Part shown: piece by piece, positions 17,708 through 26,922 of the stretch | Position numbering within the stretch: the first letter of the stretch is position 1 | Layout: every line of letters begins with the position of its first letter | Source of the DNA: Minisyncoccia bacterium | Lineage (GTDB): Bacteria > Patescibacteriota > Minisyncoccia > UBA6257 > 2-01-FULL-56-20 | Direction: 5' to 3' | NCBI GenBank assembly: GCA_050008535.1 | Contig: JBEKML010000001.1 | Location: 130,246-194,245 of the forward strand | Length of the DNA: 64,000 nt | Translations under genes and position numbers: made by a program | The notes under the pieces: model-generated | Database searches by the model: none | Told to the model about the DNA's origin: nothing | Seen by the model: the letters and a program-made list of their open reading frames with translations, nothing else

Positions 17708-19630
17708 ATGTCATCCACACATCAAGCAGAAGGAGAAAAAAGCCGGAAAAACAAGGTTTTTCAACTAAATCCGGCCCAAAAGTCGGCGGCGGAAGCACCT
17801 GTTTCGCCTTTATTAATAGTGGCCGGCGCGGGGACCGGGAAAACAAGGACTCTCACGAGCCGGATGGTTTACCTGATAGATGGGGGAACGCCCCCTGAAA
17901 AAATATGCGCCATAACCTTCACCAACAAGGCCGCCCAAGAGATGAGGAACCGGATAAGCCGCGAGGAACCCTTTATTGGCACTTTCCACTCGCTCGGCGC
18001 AAGGATCTTGCGGGGCGAGTGCCGCAGGCTCGGGCGGACGCCGAACTTCGTGATATTCGACGATCACGATTCTTTTGATCTCATAAAAAAGATCGTCAAA
18101 AAATCTTTGGTGAACGATAAAAACAAAAAAAATACTCCTGCATTTTTCGCGCGACAGATATCAAAAATAAAAAATATTGATAGCGCGCTTGATGGCCTTA
18201 AGGAACCGCCGGAGCGGGCAGCGCTCATCCGGGATGTTTTTCACGAGTACGAAGCGGCGCTTGCGAGAAATAACGCATTTGATTTTGATGACCTCATTGA
18301 GAAGCCAGTTGCGCTTTTCGGGCAGCATCCCGAAGTCCTTGAAAAATATCGCGCAAAGTTCGATGCGCTCCTCGTTGACGAATATCAGGATATTAATCCA
18401 AAACAATACGAATTCGTAAAGCTTCTCGCCGGAGGGCACAACAATTTGAGCGTGGTGGGAGACGACGAACAAACTATTTATAGCTGGCGCTATGCCGACA
18501 TAAGAACCTTTCTTGATTTTGACAAGGACTGGCCCGGCGCGAAAATTCATTTCCTTGAAGAAAATTATCGCTCGACGGCCACTATTATCCGCGCGGCCGC
18601 GGCGGTCGCGGAGAACAACCGTTATCGCACACCGAAAAAACTGTGGACGCAAAAACCCGAAGGGGAACGCATCGTTCTTTTTGAAGCATGGGGCGAGAAC
18701 GAAGAAGCGGCGTGGATCGCGGAGGAAGCTAAAAAAATAAAGAGGGGAGAGGAACGCGCGGAGGTGGCGATCCTCTACCGCACGAATGCGCAGTCGCGCG
18801 CGATAGAACAGGCGCTCATTCGCCACGACCTCGCCTATCAGATCTTCGGTGGATTGAAATTTTACGAACGGCGCGAGGTGAAGGATGTGGTCGCCGCACT
18901 GCGCTCCGCCGCGAACGATCGCGACGAAATAGCGCGCGAACGACTGGAAAAAAACCTTTCAAAAAGGAAGTTTGCCGAATTCAAGCGGAAGATTGGCGCG
19001 GTAAAACATCCGAAGCCGCACGAGATCATCAAGATTTTCCTTGAGATCTTCGGCTACTTCGACTATCTGGAGGAAAATTTCGTGAACGCCGACGAGCGCG
19101 AAGAAAACATCGGAGAGCTCATTGTTTTTGCCTCCGGATTCGAGGATTTGCCCGAATTGCTTGAGAAAATAAGCCTTTTGCAGGCAGCCGACGATGAAAC
19201 AAACGGGCAAAAGGGAGGGAGAAGGGGAGGCGACCGCGACGGAGAAAGAAAAAATAAAATAAATTTGATGACCATCCATCTCGCAAAGGGACTTGAATTT
19301 GAAAACGTGTTCATTGCGGGCGCCGCCGAAGGGCTCCTCCCGCACATCCGCTCGATCGACGACGAGCGTTCCCTTGAAGAAGAACGGCGGTTGATGTATG
19401 TTGCGATGACCCGCGCAAAGAAAAAATTATATATTGGTTTCTATGGAATGCCGTCGCGGTTCATCGCGGAGATACCGGAGGAGTGCATCACGCTCGCGCC
19501 AACCGAGGGGATGGGCGGCCTCGCGGGGGGAATGAGCGGCGATGAAATGAACGGCAACGGAACGGATGATGACGCGGAGGGTGCAGGCAAGAATACCGAT
19601 GGCGAAGAAAAAATAATTGAAATTGACTGA
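17708..19630 (+). CDS. pcrA: UvrD/PcrA SF1 DNA helicase
   Basis: AGAGTGKT, TFTNKAA, DEYQD, GDDEQTIY, ENYRS, TIHLAKGLEF, EERRLMYVAMTRA. Confidence 0.95.
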   Translation: MSSTHQAEGEKSRKNKVFQLNPAQKSAAEAPVSPLLIVAGAGTGKTRTLTSRMVYLIDGGTPPEKICAITFTNKAAQEMRNRISREEPFIGTFHSLGARILRGECRRLGRTPNFVIFDDHDSFDLIKKIVKKSLVNDKNKKNTPAFFARQISKIKNIDSALDGLKEPPERAALIRDVFHEYEAALARNNAFDFDDLIEKPVALFGQHPEVLEKYRAKFDALLVDEYQDINPKQYEFVKLLAGGHNNLSVVGDDEQTIYSWRYADIRTFLDFDKDWPGAKIHFLEENYRSTATIIRAAAAVAENNRYRTPKKLWTQKPEGERIVLFEAWGENEEAAWIAEEAKKIKRGEERAEVAILYRTNAQSRAIEQALIRHDLAYQIFGGLKFYERREVKDVVAALRSAANDRDEIARERLEKNLSKRKFAEFKRKIGAVKHPKPHEIIKIFLEIFGYFDYLEENFVNADEREENIGELIVFASGFEDLPELLEKISLLQAADDETNGQKGGRRGGDRDGERKNKINLMTIHLAKGLEFENVFIAGAAEGLLPHIRSIDDERSLEEERRLMYVAMTRAKKKLYIGFYGMPSRFIAEIPEECITLAPTEGMGGLAGGMSGDEMNGNGTDDDAEGAGKNTDGEEKIIEID

Positions 19631-20460
19631 TGCCCAACAAATTTCTCGGACAACATTTTTTGAAGAATGCGGCGATCGCGCAAAAGATCGTCGCCGCGCT
19701 CCAGCCGGAACACGGCGACGTTATTTTTGAAATCGGCGCGGGGCACGGCGAGCTTACGCGGCTCCTTGCGGAAGCCTGCACAAAGAACGGATGCGAACTT
19801 TTCGCGATCGAAAAAGACCGGCACCTCGCGGGTGAGCTCGCGCAGCGATTTAAAACGAATGGCGTGGAAATTATTGCGGATGATGCATTGGCATTTTTCA
19901 CATCATCGCTCCCCGAAAAATCGCGGGGCCGCTCATATAAAATCGTCGGCAACATCCCCTATTATTTCACTGGCCGCCTGTTCCGGGTCGTGAGCGAACT
20001 CGAGGCGAAGCCAGCGCGATGCGTCCTCATGGTCCAGAAAGAGGTGGCGGAGCGGATCGCCGCAAAACCGCCGAAGATGAACCGGCTTGCGGCAAGCGTA
20101 CAATTCTGGGCAGACGTAAAAGTGATAGCTCCGGTCCCTAGAGAAAATTTCCTGCCGGCGCCCAAGGTGGATTCCGCAATCATATCGCTGGACTTAACCA
20201 ATGACAAAAAGCGTGCAGAAAACATCCCGGCGGATCACTACTATGCGGCGGTACGAAGCCTCTTTGCGCAGCCAAGGAAGACTGTGCTCAACAACTTGGG
20301 AGGGCACGGGACGCAGGAAGAGAGGGAAATGGCCGCATCCATTTTAAAAAAAATCGGTGTCCCGCAAGAATCGAGGCCGCAAAACCTTACCGTGGAAGAA
20401 ATCATGGCAATTGCAAAAGCCATCCTTAATGAGCGTTTTGGGGATAACCACATGGCTTGA
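19630..20460 (+). CDS. rsmA: 16S rRNA m6,2A dimethyltransferase
   Basis: LGQHFL, EIGAGHG, VGNIPYY, MVQKEVAERI, PAPKVDS. Confidence 0.96.
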   Translation: MPNKFLGQHFLKNAAIAQKIVAALQPEHGDVIFEIGAGHGELTRLLAEACTKNGCELFAIEKDRHLAGELAQRFKTNGVEIIADDALAFFTSSLPEKSRGRSYKIVGNIPYYFTGRLFRVVSELEAKPARCVLMVQKEVAERIAAKPPKMNRLAASVQFWADVKVIAPVPRENFLPAPKVDSAIISLDLTNDKKRAENIPADHYYAAVRSLFAQPRKTVLNNLGGHGTQEEREMAASILKKIGVPQESRPQNLTVEEIMAIAKAILNERFGDNHMA

Positions 20461-20488
20461 CAGCGCCTTTGCGCTATAATCTATATAA

Positions 20489-22276
20489 ATGATAGACGTA
20501 AAGAAACTGGTCGTCGGGTTTCTGGTTTTGGCTGCCGCGACGGGCTCTTCGGCTTTCATTATCTCAACCACCAGCACCCTCTCCGCAAACAACGCCTCAC
20601 CACCGCCTTCAAGCCCCGTAGCCGCCCCACTGCTCAGCGGTAATGCATTCGTGGCTCAACCTGCGGTTCCGGACATGAGCGACGTCGGCGTCGCGGGGCT
20701 TACCGATCCAACCCTCACCTCTTCAACCGAGACACAAGCAACGGACCCAAACAATCTTACCGAGGTGTTGGCGGGTTCGTTTCTCAACAACCTCGTCTCG
20801 GCGAACCCTGCCGGCGTTCAGACGGGACCGGATGGCAACACGATGCTCATAGCGCCGGACAACGGCGCGATCATCGCCCAACTCACAAAGAACGATGCGT
20901 TTAAAAAACTCCCCATCCCCAATTGGGATATAGAAGCGGCGGAGCAACCGATTATGATCGAAACGAGTTCTTCCCCGAATGCTTTAGCAAATTACAGCGA
21001 TGCGGTAAAAAATATCTTTAACCAGTATTTTGTAGAAACCAATCTCCAGAGCATGCTCGATCAAAACGCCGACCCGAACGCCGCCGGCTACGTTCATGAC
21101 CAAATCCAGAGCGCATTGCAAAACGTCGGCGGACTCAAGGTCCCGGCGGCGGCGGCGGATTTTCAAAAAAGCATCGTGAAGCTCTTGGTTTACGAAAAGA
21201 ATCTGGCGGAACTTGTCCGGAGCGCTTCGGGCGACGACCCCCTTAAGGCCGTGCTCGTTTTTCAAACGCAACGCGAGAAGTACTCCGCCACGCTTCAAGA
21301 TTTCAAAAACGAGCTGCAAAAAAATCCCGCAGGACAAATATTTTCTTCCAATGGAGATTCCCGGCAAGAACGTTCTGGCGTAGCCGTATTTCTCCGGAAC
21401 CTCGTTGGGATAAAAACCGCCAACGCCCAATGGCTGACGTTTGATGCGTCGAATTTTGCGCAAATGCTCCTTGACTATGCAAACAACATCATTCTCCAGA
21501 TTCTCAAAAATTTGATCATGAAGCTGATGCAGAATACCGTCCTGAAATGGATCAGCGGCAAGGGTGTCCCGCGCTTCATACAGAACTGGGGCAGGACGCT
21601 TGTGAACTCCTATACCACCGCAGCGGTCAATGCAATAGATCAACAAATGGCGTGCATCAATCCATCGCTCGCCCCGCGGCTAAGTGTCCTTTTTCAAGTT
21701 CCCTCTTTTAATAATGGAGGTGGCGGATTCTGCGCCATCCAGTTTCAAAATCAGTTGGCCGGAAACAAGCTGACGCAGTTTTACAACAGCTTCGAACAAG
21801 GCGGCGTTGATTCCTACCTGAAGCTGTTCCAGCCGGGCGGCAACGACTTCGGCATCCTTATAGACATCCAAGACCAGGCAATGGCGGCAGGAGGGAACAG
21901 CAAGAATGCCACACAGGCGAAATCCGCCGCTAACCAGGGATGGACCGGCAACGAACAATGCGCCGATGGTAGCGATCCGAACGGGGTGCACAATCATTGT
22001 ATAGACTCAAAGGGTGTTGGATCCTATACCAATCCAGATGGGACCTGCGACCCCGGTCTCTTCTCGGAAGAAGTAGGAAATGGCGGCAAATGCGCCAACG
22101 GCGAAGATCCTCTCACTACATCCCCCGGCCAGGTTACGGGACAGGTATTCAACTCAACAGTGAAGGGCGGCCCTGAACTCGTCACTGCAGCGAACGACAT
22201 TGTGGGACTCTTAAATGCCTTCCTTACTTCCCTCCTTAACTCCCTTGCAAGCGCCGCTATAAATTCCCTCAAGTAA
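20489..22276 (+). CDS. secreted hypothetical protein heading the T4SS-like cluster, internal VirB5/TrbJ-like motif
   Basis: N-terminal signal/TM; internal ANAQWLTFDASNFAQ; Cys-containing C-terminal loop. Confidence 0.75.
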   Translation: MIDVKKLVVGFLVLAAATGSSAFIISTTSTLSANNASPPPSSPVAAPLLSGNAFVAQPAVPDMSDVGVAGLTDPTLTSSTETQATDPNNLTEVLAGSFLNNLVSANPAGVQTGPDGNTMLIAPDNGAIIAQLTKNDAFKKLPIPNWDIEAAEQPIMIETSSSPNALANYSDAVKNIFNQYFVETNLQSMLDQNADPNAAGYVHDQIQSALQNVGGLKVPAAAADFQKSIVKLLVYEKNLAELVRSASGDDPLKAVLVFQTQREKYSATLQDFKNELQKNPAGQIFSSNGDSRQERSGVAVFLRNLVGIKTANAQWLTFDASNFAQMLLDYANNIILQILKNLIMKLMQNTVLKWISGKGVPRFIQNWGRTLVNSYTTAAVNAIDQQMACINPSLAPRLSVLFQVPSFNNGGGGFCAIQFQNQLAGNKLTQFYNSFEQGGVDSYLKLFQPGGNDFGILIDIQDQAMAAGGNSKNATQAKSAANQGWTGNEQCADGSDPNGVHNHCIDSKGVGSYTNPDGTCDPGLFSEEVGNGGKCANGEDPLTTSPGQVTGQVFNSTVKGGPELVTAANDIVGLLNAFLTSLLNSLASAAINSLK

Positions 22277-22279
22277 CCT

Positions 22280-24631
22280 ATGAAGAAAAAATTTCTTAAG
22301 TTTTCCGTCCCTCTTGGATTTTTGCTTTTCCTCGGGTCCACACACTTCGCTTGTGCCGCCGACGCTCCCTCGACTCCCCCGGTCTCTTTCTCCCTTTTTG
22401 GATTGGGCGATCTCGCTTATATAGTCATTAGTAGGATAGCCTTCGGGATAAGCTATTTGATGGCCGTCGTCGGCGCTATTGTAATCGCTATGGAATCATG
22501 GCTCGTCGGGGTCATGCTAAACATAAACACCACCGTCTTTGATTCGCCAGTCGTTCAGAAAGGATTTGGTGTTACGTTATCCATCGCCAACCTCGGCTTC
22601 GTCCTTGGCATTATCGTGATCGCGATCGCCACAATTCTGCGCAGGGAAACGTACGGGATAAAGAAAATACTCTGGAAGCTTGTTTTTGCCGCCGTCCTCG
22701 TCAATTTCAGCCTGGTCATTATGGGGCCCATCTTCGGCTTCGCGAATTCCCTCACCCAATATTTCTTGAATTGCATTGATCCGTCCGTCAGTTGCAACGC
22801 CCCAAGCGGATTCACCGCCATGACCTCCATGAATGATTTTGCGGAAAGGCTTGCGGGGGCATTCAATCCACAAAGAGATTTTCTTTCCCTCGAAACAACA
22901 GCGAATACAAACGATCCAAAACTTGATAATATCGCCGGAGCGGCCTCCATCGGAGGAGCCAGCTTCGGGAAAATGATCGTCCCTATTTTATCGATGGTAT
23001 TTGTCGCCGTGGCCCTTATTGTCATTGTTATAGTGCTTGCCGTATTCGTCTTCATGCTCCTCGTACGCTATGTCTACATCGCCATCCTCGCGGTGCTCAT
23101 GCCTTTCGCATGGCTCGCGTGGATATTCCCCAGCCTTTCCAGCCATTGGAAGAAATGGTGGGACACCTTTTTCCGGTGGACATTCTTTGCTCCCATCGTG
23201 GTCTTTTTCCTCTGGCTTGCAATTGCGACGGCGGCGTCCATGAGCGAACCAACGACCAAATCTAATTTCGCCATGTACACCAGCAATAGTAACGAGCTCT
23301 GGGCGCCGATCGCAAACTTTCTCACCAACCTTTTCTCTCCGCTTATCCAAAACCTCCTAAATGAATTTATCCTTGTTGGACTTATGGTGGGAGGCATGAT
23401 CGCCGCGAACAAAATGAGTATCACGGGAGCGAGCGCGGCCGTGGGCGCCGTGAAGTCGGTTGGCAACGCGATGCAGGGGTACGCAACCAAACAAGCGAAG
23501 AAGGGCGCGCGCTGGACCTATCAGAGGGCCGGCGGCGCAAAACTAAACGAGAGGTTACAAAAGAGCAGGATTCCATTTACCTCTGCGCTTGGGAGAAGCA
23601 TGGCGGGCGTTACGGAAAAAGGAGGAAAGGACCTGGTTAAGGAAGCCGCAACGCAACTCAAGCTCGCGGGGATGAGCGACGAACAGCTCTTGATGGCAGC
23701 ACAAGGGGCAAGAGGCAAAGAAAACACTCTTGCAGTTCTCGCTGAGGCGCAGAAGCGCGGGATATTGAATAAGGTAGGGAAAATCGGCGGAGAAGAAAAT
23801 CTCAGCGCCTGGCTCGAGAAAAACCAGAGAACTTTTGGGGATTACGACCACGGAAAGCTTCATGGTGACGTCAACTTTGCCCTTGACTCGGACGAACGAA
23901 TGCGGAGAATTGCCAAAGCGCAAGGGGAGGCAAGGGCGATGGCGGGAGCGGTAGATGTTCACGGAATCCTGGGAGCGCCAGGGACGTTGGTATCGGCAGA
24001 AAGACTAGCTGAAGAAGCTAGGACACTTAGAAAACAAGCTAAAGACCCCATAGACGTGATGGCGGCAGAAAGCTCTTTAAAGAATGCGAATGATGCCCTC
24101 AGGAAAGCAGCTGATGAAGTGGAGGTGTCCGATGAGGTGGGCAAAGACGGGAAAACGCTCTTGGGTGGGCCTGCGGATCAGATGGTGAAAGCCGGGGAAC
24201 TCATGCGCGCGGCGGCGGAAGAATTCTTTAAGAATATAGACAGGGCCGATATTGCAAAATTCAAGCCGGGACAGATCTTCGGCGGCACGGCAAGCTTCGG
24301 CTTGTCCAGGGAAGCCATTGAGGCACTAAGCGAGGGGGTCGCCCATGGTCTGGCCGTGAAAACTCCTGCTCTTATGCCATCGCTAATTGGGAAGTTGGAT
24401 TCTTCAGAAAGACTCCAGCGTTTTGCTGATACTTATAGGGCCGCGATCGAAAAAGCTGCAACGGCGGCAGGGGGAGGAAGGATTAGCGCAACAGATGTCA
24501 CAAAATTAACCGAAGCGCTTAAGAGCGCTATGGGTAACCGCCTCGTTTGGGATTCTGGCGCTGCTGCTGCTCCTACGCCCACACCCACGCCAGCGCCCAC
24601 ACCGCCACCTGGTGGCGCGCCACGCCCATAA
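22280..24631 (+). CDS. VirB6/TrbL-like polytopic membrane protein with long cytoplasmic tail
   Basis: LVNFSL, many TM helices, RYVYIAILAVLMPFAW...WKKWW; context with PrgI/VirB4. Confidence 0.75.
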   Translation: MKKKFLKFSVPLGFLLFLGSTHFACAADAPSTPPVSFSLFGLGDLAYIVISRIAFGISYLMAVVGAIVIAMESWLVGVMLNINTTVFDSPVVQKGFGVTLSIANLGFVLGIIVIAIATILRRETYGIKKILWKLVFAAVLVNFSLVIMGPIFGFANSLTQYFLNCIDPSVSCNAPSGFTAMTSMNDFAERLAGAFNPQRDFLSLETTANTNDPKLDNIAGAASIGGASFGKMIVPILSMVFVAVALIVIVIVLAVFVFMLLVRYVYIAILAVLMPFAWLAWIFPSLSSHWKKWWDTFFRWTFFAPIVVFFLWLAIATAASMSEPTTKSNFAMYTSNSNELWAPIANFLTNLFSPLIQNLLNEFILVGLMVGGMIAANKMSITGASAAVGAVKSVGNAMQGYATKQAKKGARWTYQRAGGAKLNERLQKSRIPFTSALGRSMAGVTEKGGKDLVKEAATQLKLAGMSDEQLLMAAQGARGKENTLAVLAEAQKRGILNKVGKIGGEENLSAWLEKNQRTFGDYDHGKLHGDVNFALDSDERMRRIAKAQGEARAMAGAVDVHGILGAPGTLVSAERLAEEARTLRKQAKDPIDVMAAESSLKNANDALRKAADEVEVSDEVGKDGKTLLGGPADQMVKAGELMRAAAEEFFKNIDRADIAKFKPGQIFGGTASFGLSREAIEALSEGVAHGLAVKTPALMPSLIGKLDSSERLQRFADTYRAAIEKAATAAGGGRISATDVTKLTEALKSAMGNRLVWDSGAAAAPTPTPTPAPTPPPGGAPRP

Positions 24632-24638
24632 AACCATC

Positions 24639-25655
24639 ATGTTAACTATTTCTAGGCAGCAAGCGCTTAAAAGATGGGACACCATTCCCGAAGCCCTTCA
24701 TGTTGCGCTCTTTTCCGATGCCAACACCGATTTCATCCGGAAAACATGCGAAGCCGAACATGTCCCCGCCGAAAAAATAAGTGATATCGCAGGGATCGCC
24801 GGCTACGTACTGCTTGGTTTCCTTCACCCGGAAGATCTCGCAGAAGAGTTGAAGGAGGCCACTGGCATAAACCCGCAGGTTTGCACGTCGGTCGCGAGCG
24901 CTATAAACTCCAGAATCTTCACGCCACTCAAATCAGAACTTGATAAAATTTATGAACCTCTTTCAACGCTTGGTAATGATGGTTCCGCCGGCCCGAAAAT
25001 CATAGAAGAGATCCAGGCCATGACGGGGACGGCTCCGCGGATAACAATCAGTGCTGCGCCGACGGCGCCCACAAAGCCAAGCTTGTCCGATGCGGGATGG
25101 TCAAAAACGACTGTTGAGCAGCCGGTGGTGCGGCTAAGCCAGACGCCGCCTGCCCCGCCCGTCGCAAAACCAACAATACCGACGTCGGCGCCGGCGCCAA
25201 CAATGCCGCCAAAGAAATCCGTTGGTGAATTTGAACGGTTAGCAATGCAAAGCAGTGCTCTAAAGCCGCAAGTGGCGGCTCCCATGGCATCCGCAGCGCC
25301 GGCGGCGTTGGCGATACCCACACCAAAGCCCGCCGAACCCGCGCCGGTCATCATCCACGAGGACGCAGTATTCAGACCGCAGCAAAAAGCGCCCGATTTT
25401 CATTTCGCGCTCCCCACCGAAAAAATTGACATGCAAAAACCGGCCGGGCCGCCGGCCTTGGGGGCCGCCGTTCTTGAGTTTGGGAAAACGCCGGCGGCGT
25501 CCGCGCCAAAACCGTCGGCTTCAACGCCGCGCGTGGTCCACTATACGGAATACCAACCGACCCCGAAGGGAACCGGGACGCCACCGACCTCCCCGCAAGG
25601 TCCGCGGCAAATAACCGAGGTCACCGCACCCCCGCCGCCACCGCCCAAAAAATAG
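24639..25655 (+). CDS. hypothetical protein, helical N-domain plus Pro/Ala/Thr-rich tail
   Basis: ATG 24639 in frame with ORF 24612; co-oriented in cluster. Confidence 0.75.
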   Translation: MLTISRQQALKRWDTIPEALHVALFSDANTDFIRKTCEAEHVPAEKISDIAGIAGYVLLGFLHPEDLAEELKEATGINPQVCTSVASAINSRIFTPLKSELDKIYEPLSTLGNDGSAGPKIIEEIQAMTGTAPRITISAAPTAPTKPSLSDAGWSKTTVEQPVVRLSQTPPAPPVAKPTIPTSAPAPTMPPKKSVGEFERLAMQSSALKPQVAAPMASAAPAALAIPTPKPAEPAPVIIHEDAVFRPQQKAPDFHFALPTEKIDMQKPAGPPALGAAVLEFGKTPAASAPKPSASTPRVVHYTEYQPTPKGTGTPPTSPQGPRQITEVTAPPPPPPKK

Positions 25656-25666
25656 AAAGGTGGGCG

Positions 25667-25690
25667 GCCCCGGCGAAAGCCGGGGTTTTT
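25667..25690 (+). terminator. intrinsic terminator inside the T4SS-like cluster
   Basis: GCCCCGGC-gaaa-GCCGGGGT followed by a T run. Confidence 0.7.
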
Positions 25691-25711
25691 GATTCGTATT
25701 ATAATAAACTC

Positions 25712-26221
25712 ATGCAGTTCCAAGTCCCGCAATTCATTGAAACCGAGGATAAGATCGTTGGGCCGCTTTCTCTTCGGCAATTTATCTATGTGGGTGTCGG
25801 TGTCGGCATCTCCGGCATGCTTTTTTTTATCCTTCAGTTTTGGCTGTGGGTGATCATCGCGGTCATTCTTGTTGGCGGTTCTGTTGCCATCGCATTCGTG
25901 AAGATCGGGGGGAGGCCGCTCGCGAAGGTCGTTCTCTCGGCTTTCAATTTTTATTGGAAGCCGCAGACCTATGTTTGGCAACCGGAGCACCCGCAACTTG
26001 AAAGAAGCAAGGCGCCGGCCGAAACCAAAGTACCCGCGAGGAACACAGTGATCGAAAAGATTGCCGAGGGAACGGCGCTCCATAAGAGCTGGGAAGACGT
26101 TCAAACCGGCAAAAAAATGTCCGCCAAACAGTTCACGGAGCAGAAAATGTCCGGCCGCTACGAGATTTTCCGGAAACTTATGGGCGATCGCGAAGCAGCG
26201 CGGAGAGTGGACTATCGCTGA
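25712..26221 (+). CDS. PrgI-family (VirB3-like) membrane protein
   Basis: MQFQVPQFIETEDKIVGPLSLRQF, two TM helices, KIGGRP. Confidence 0.88.
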   Translation: MQFQVPQFIETEDKIVGPLSLRQFIYVGVGVGISGMLFFILQFWLWVIIAVILVGGSVAIAFVKIGGRPLAKVVLSAFNFYWKPQTYVWQPEHPQLERSKAPAETKVPARNTVIEKIAEGTALHKSWEDVQTGKKMSAKQFTEQKMSGRYEIFRKLMGDREAARRVDYR

Positions 26222-26243
26222 TAACAATGGGAAAATAGAGCCA

Positions 26244-26921
26244 ATGGCACCTAAACAAGATCTTGGCAATTCACTCGACCTCGTAAACATCAAGGAGATC
26301 CGGAACGATACGGTCATCGTGAAGAGCGGTGGCATGCGGCAGATCATAATGGTCGGCGGTGTGAATTTCGCGCTTAAATCGGAAATGGAGCAGAATATCA
26401 TGACGCAGGCGTACCAGAATTTCCTGAACGGCATTGATTTTCCGCTGCAGATCGTAGTTCATTCACGAAAAGTGAATATTGATAAATATATAGAAACGCT
26501 CCTTGTGCGGAAGGAAGCGGAGGAATCGGCATTGCTCCAGAACCAGATCGAGGAATACGTTGGGTTTATAAAAGGGTTCGTACAAAAGAACGCGATCATG
26601 GAAAAAACGTTCCTTGTGGTTGTCCCGTTCTACCCGGCGAACATCCTCCCCACTAAAAAAACCGCCTCAAGGTTCCTCCCTTTCCTTAAGAAAAAGCAGA
26701 ATGCGACCGAGGAAGCGAAGGATGCCGTGGAGGCCGAACGTATTCTCGCGGAGAACTTCGCGCAACTTGGCCAGCGGGTGGCCCAGGTAACGAACGGCCT
26801 TTCTGCCATCGGGCTTGAGACTACCGTCCTGAACGATGAGGCGCTTATCGAGCTCTTCTATAATTTCTACAACCCGCAGACTATTGAGAGAAAAAACATG
26901 GTTCTGCCCCAAGAAAAATAA
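26244..26921 (+). CDS. VirB4/TraC N-terminal-like partner protein
   Basis: VNFALKSEMEQ, FLNGIDFPLQI, FLVVVPF, ELFYNFYNP; between PrgI and VirB4. Confidence 0.75.
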   Translation: MAPKQDLGNSLDLVNIKEIRNDTVIVKSGGMRQIIMVGGVNFALKSEMEQNIMTQAYQNFLNGIDFPLQIVVHSRKVNIDKYIETLLVRKEAEESALLQNQIEEYVGFIKGFVQKNAIMEKTFLVVVPFYPANILPTKKTASRFLPFLKKKQNATEEAKDAVEAERILAENFAQLGQRVAQVTNGLSAIGLETTVLNDEALIELFYNFYNPQTIERKNMVLPQEK

Positions 26922-26922
26922 C

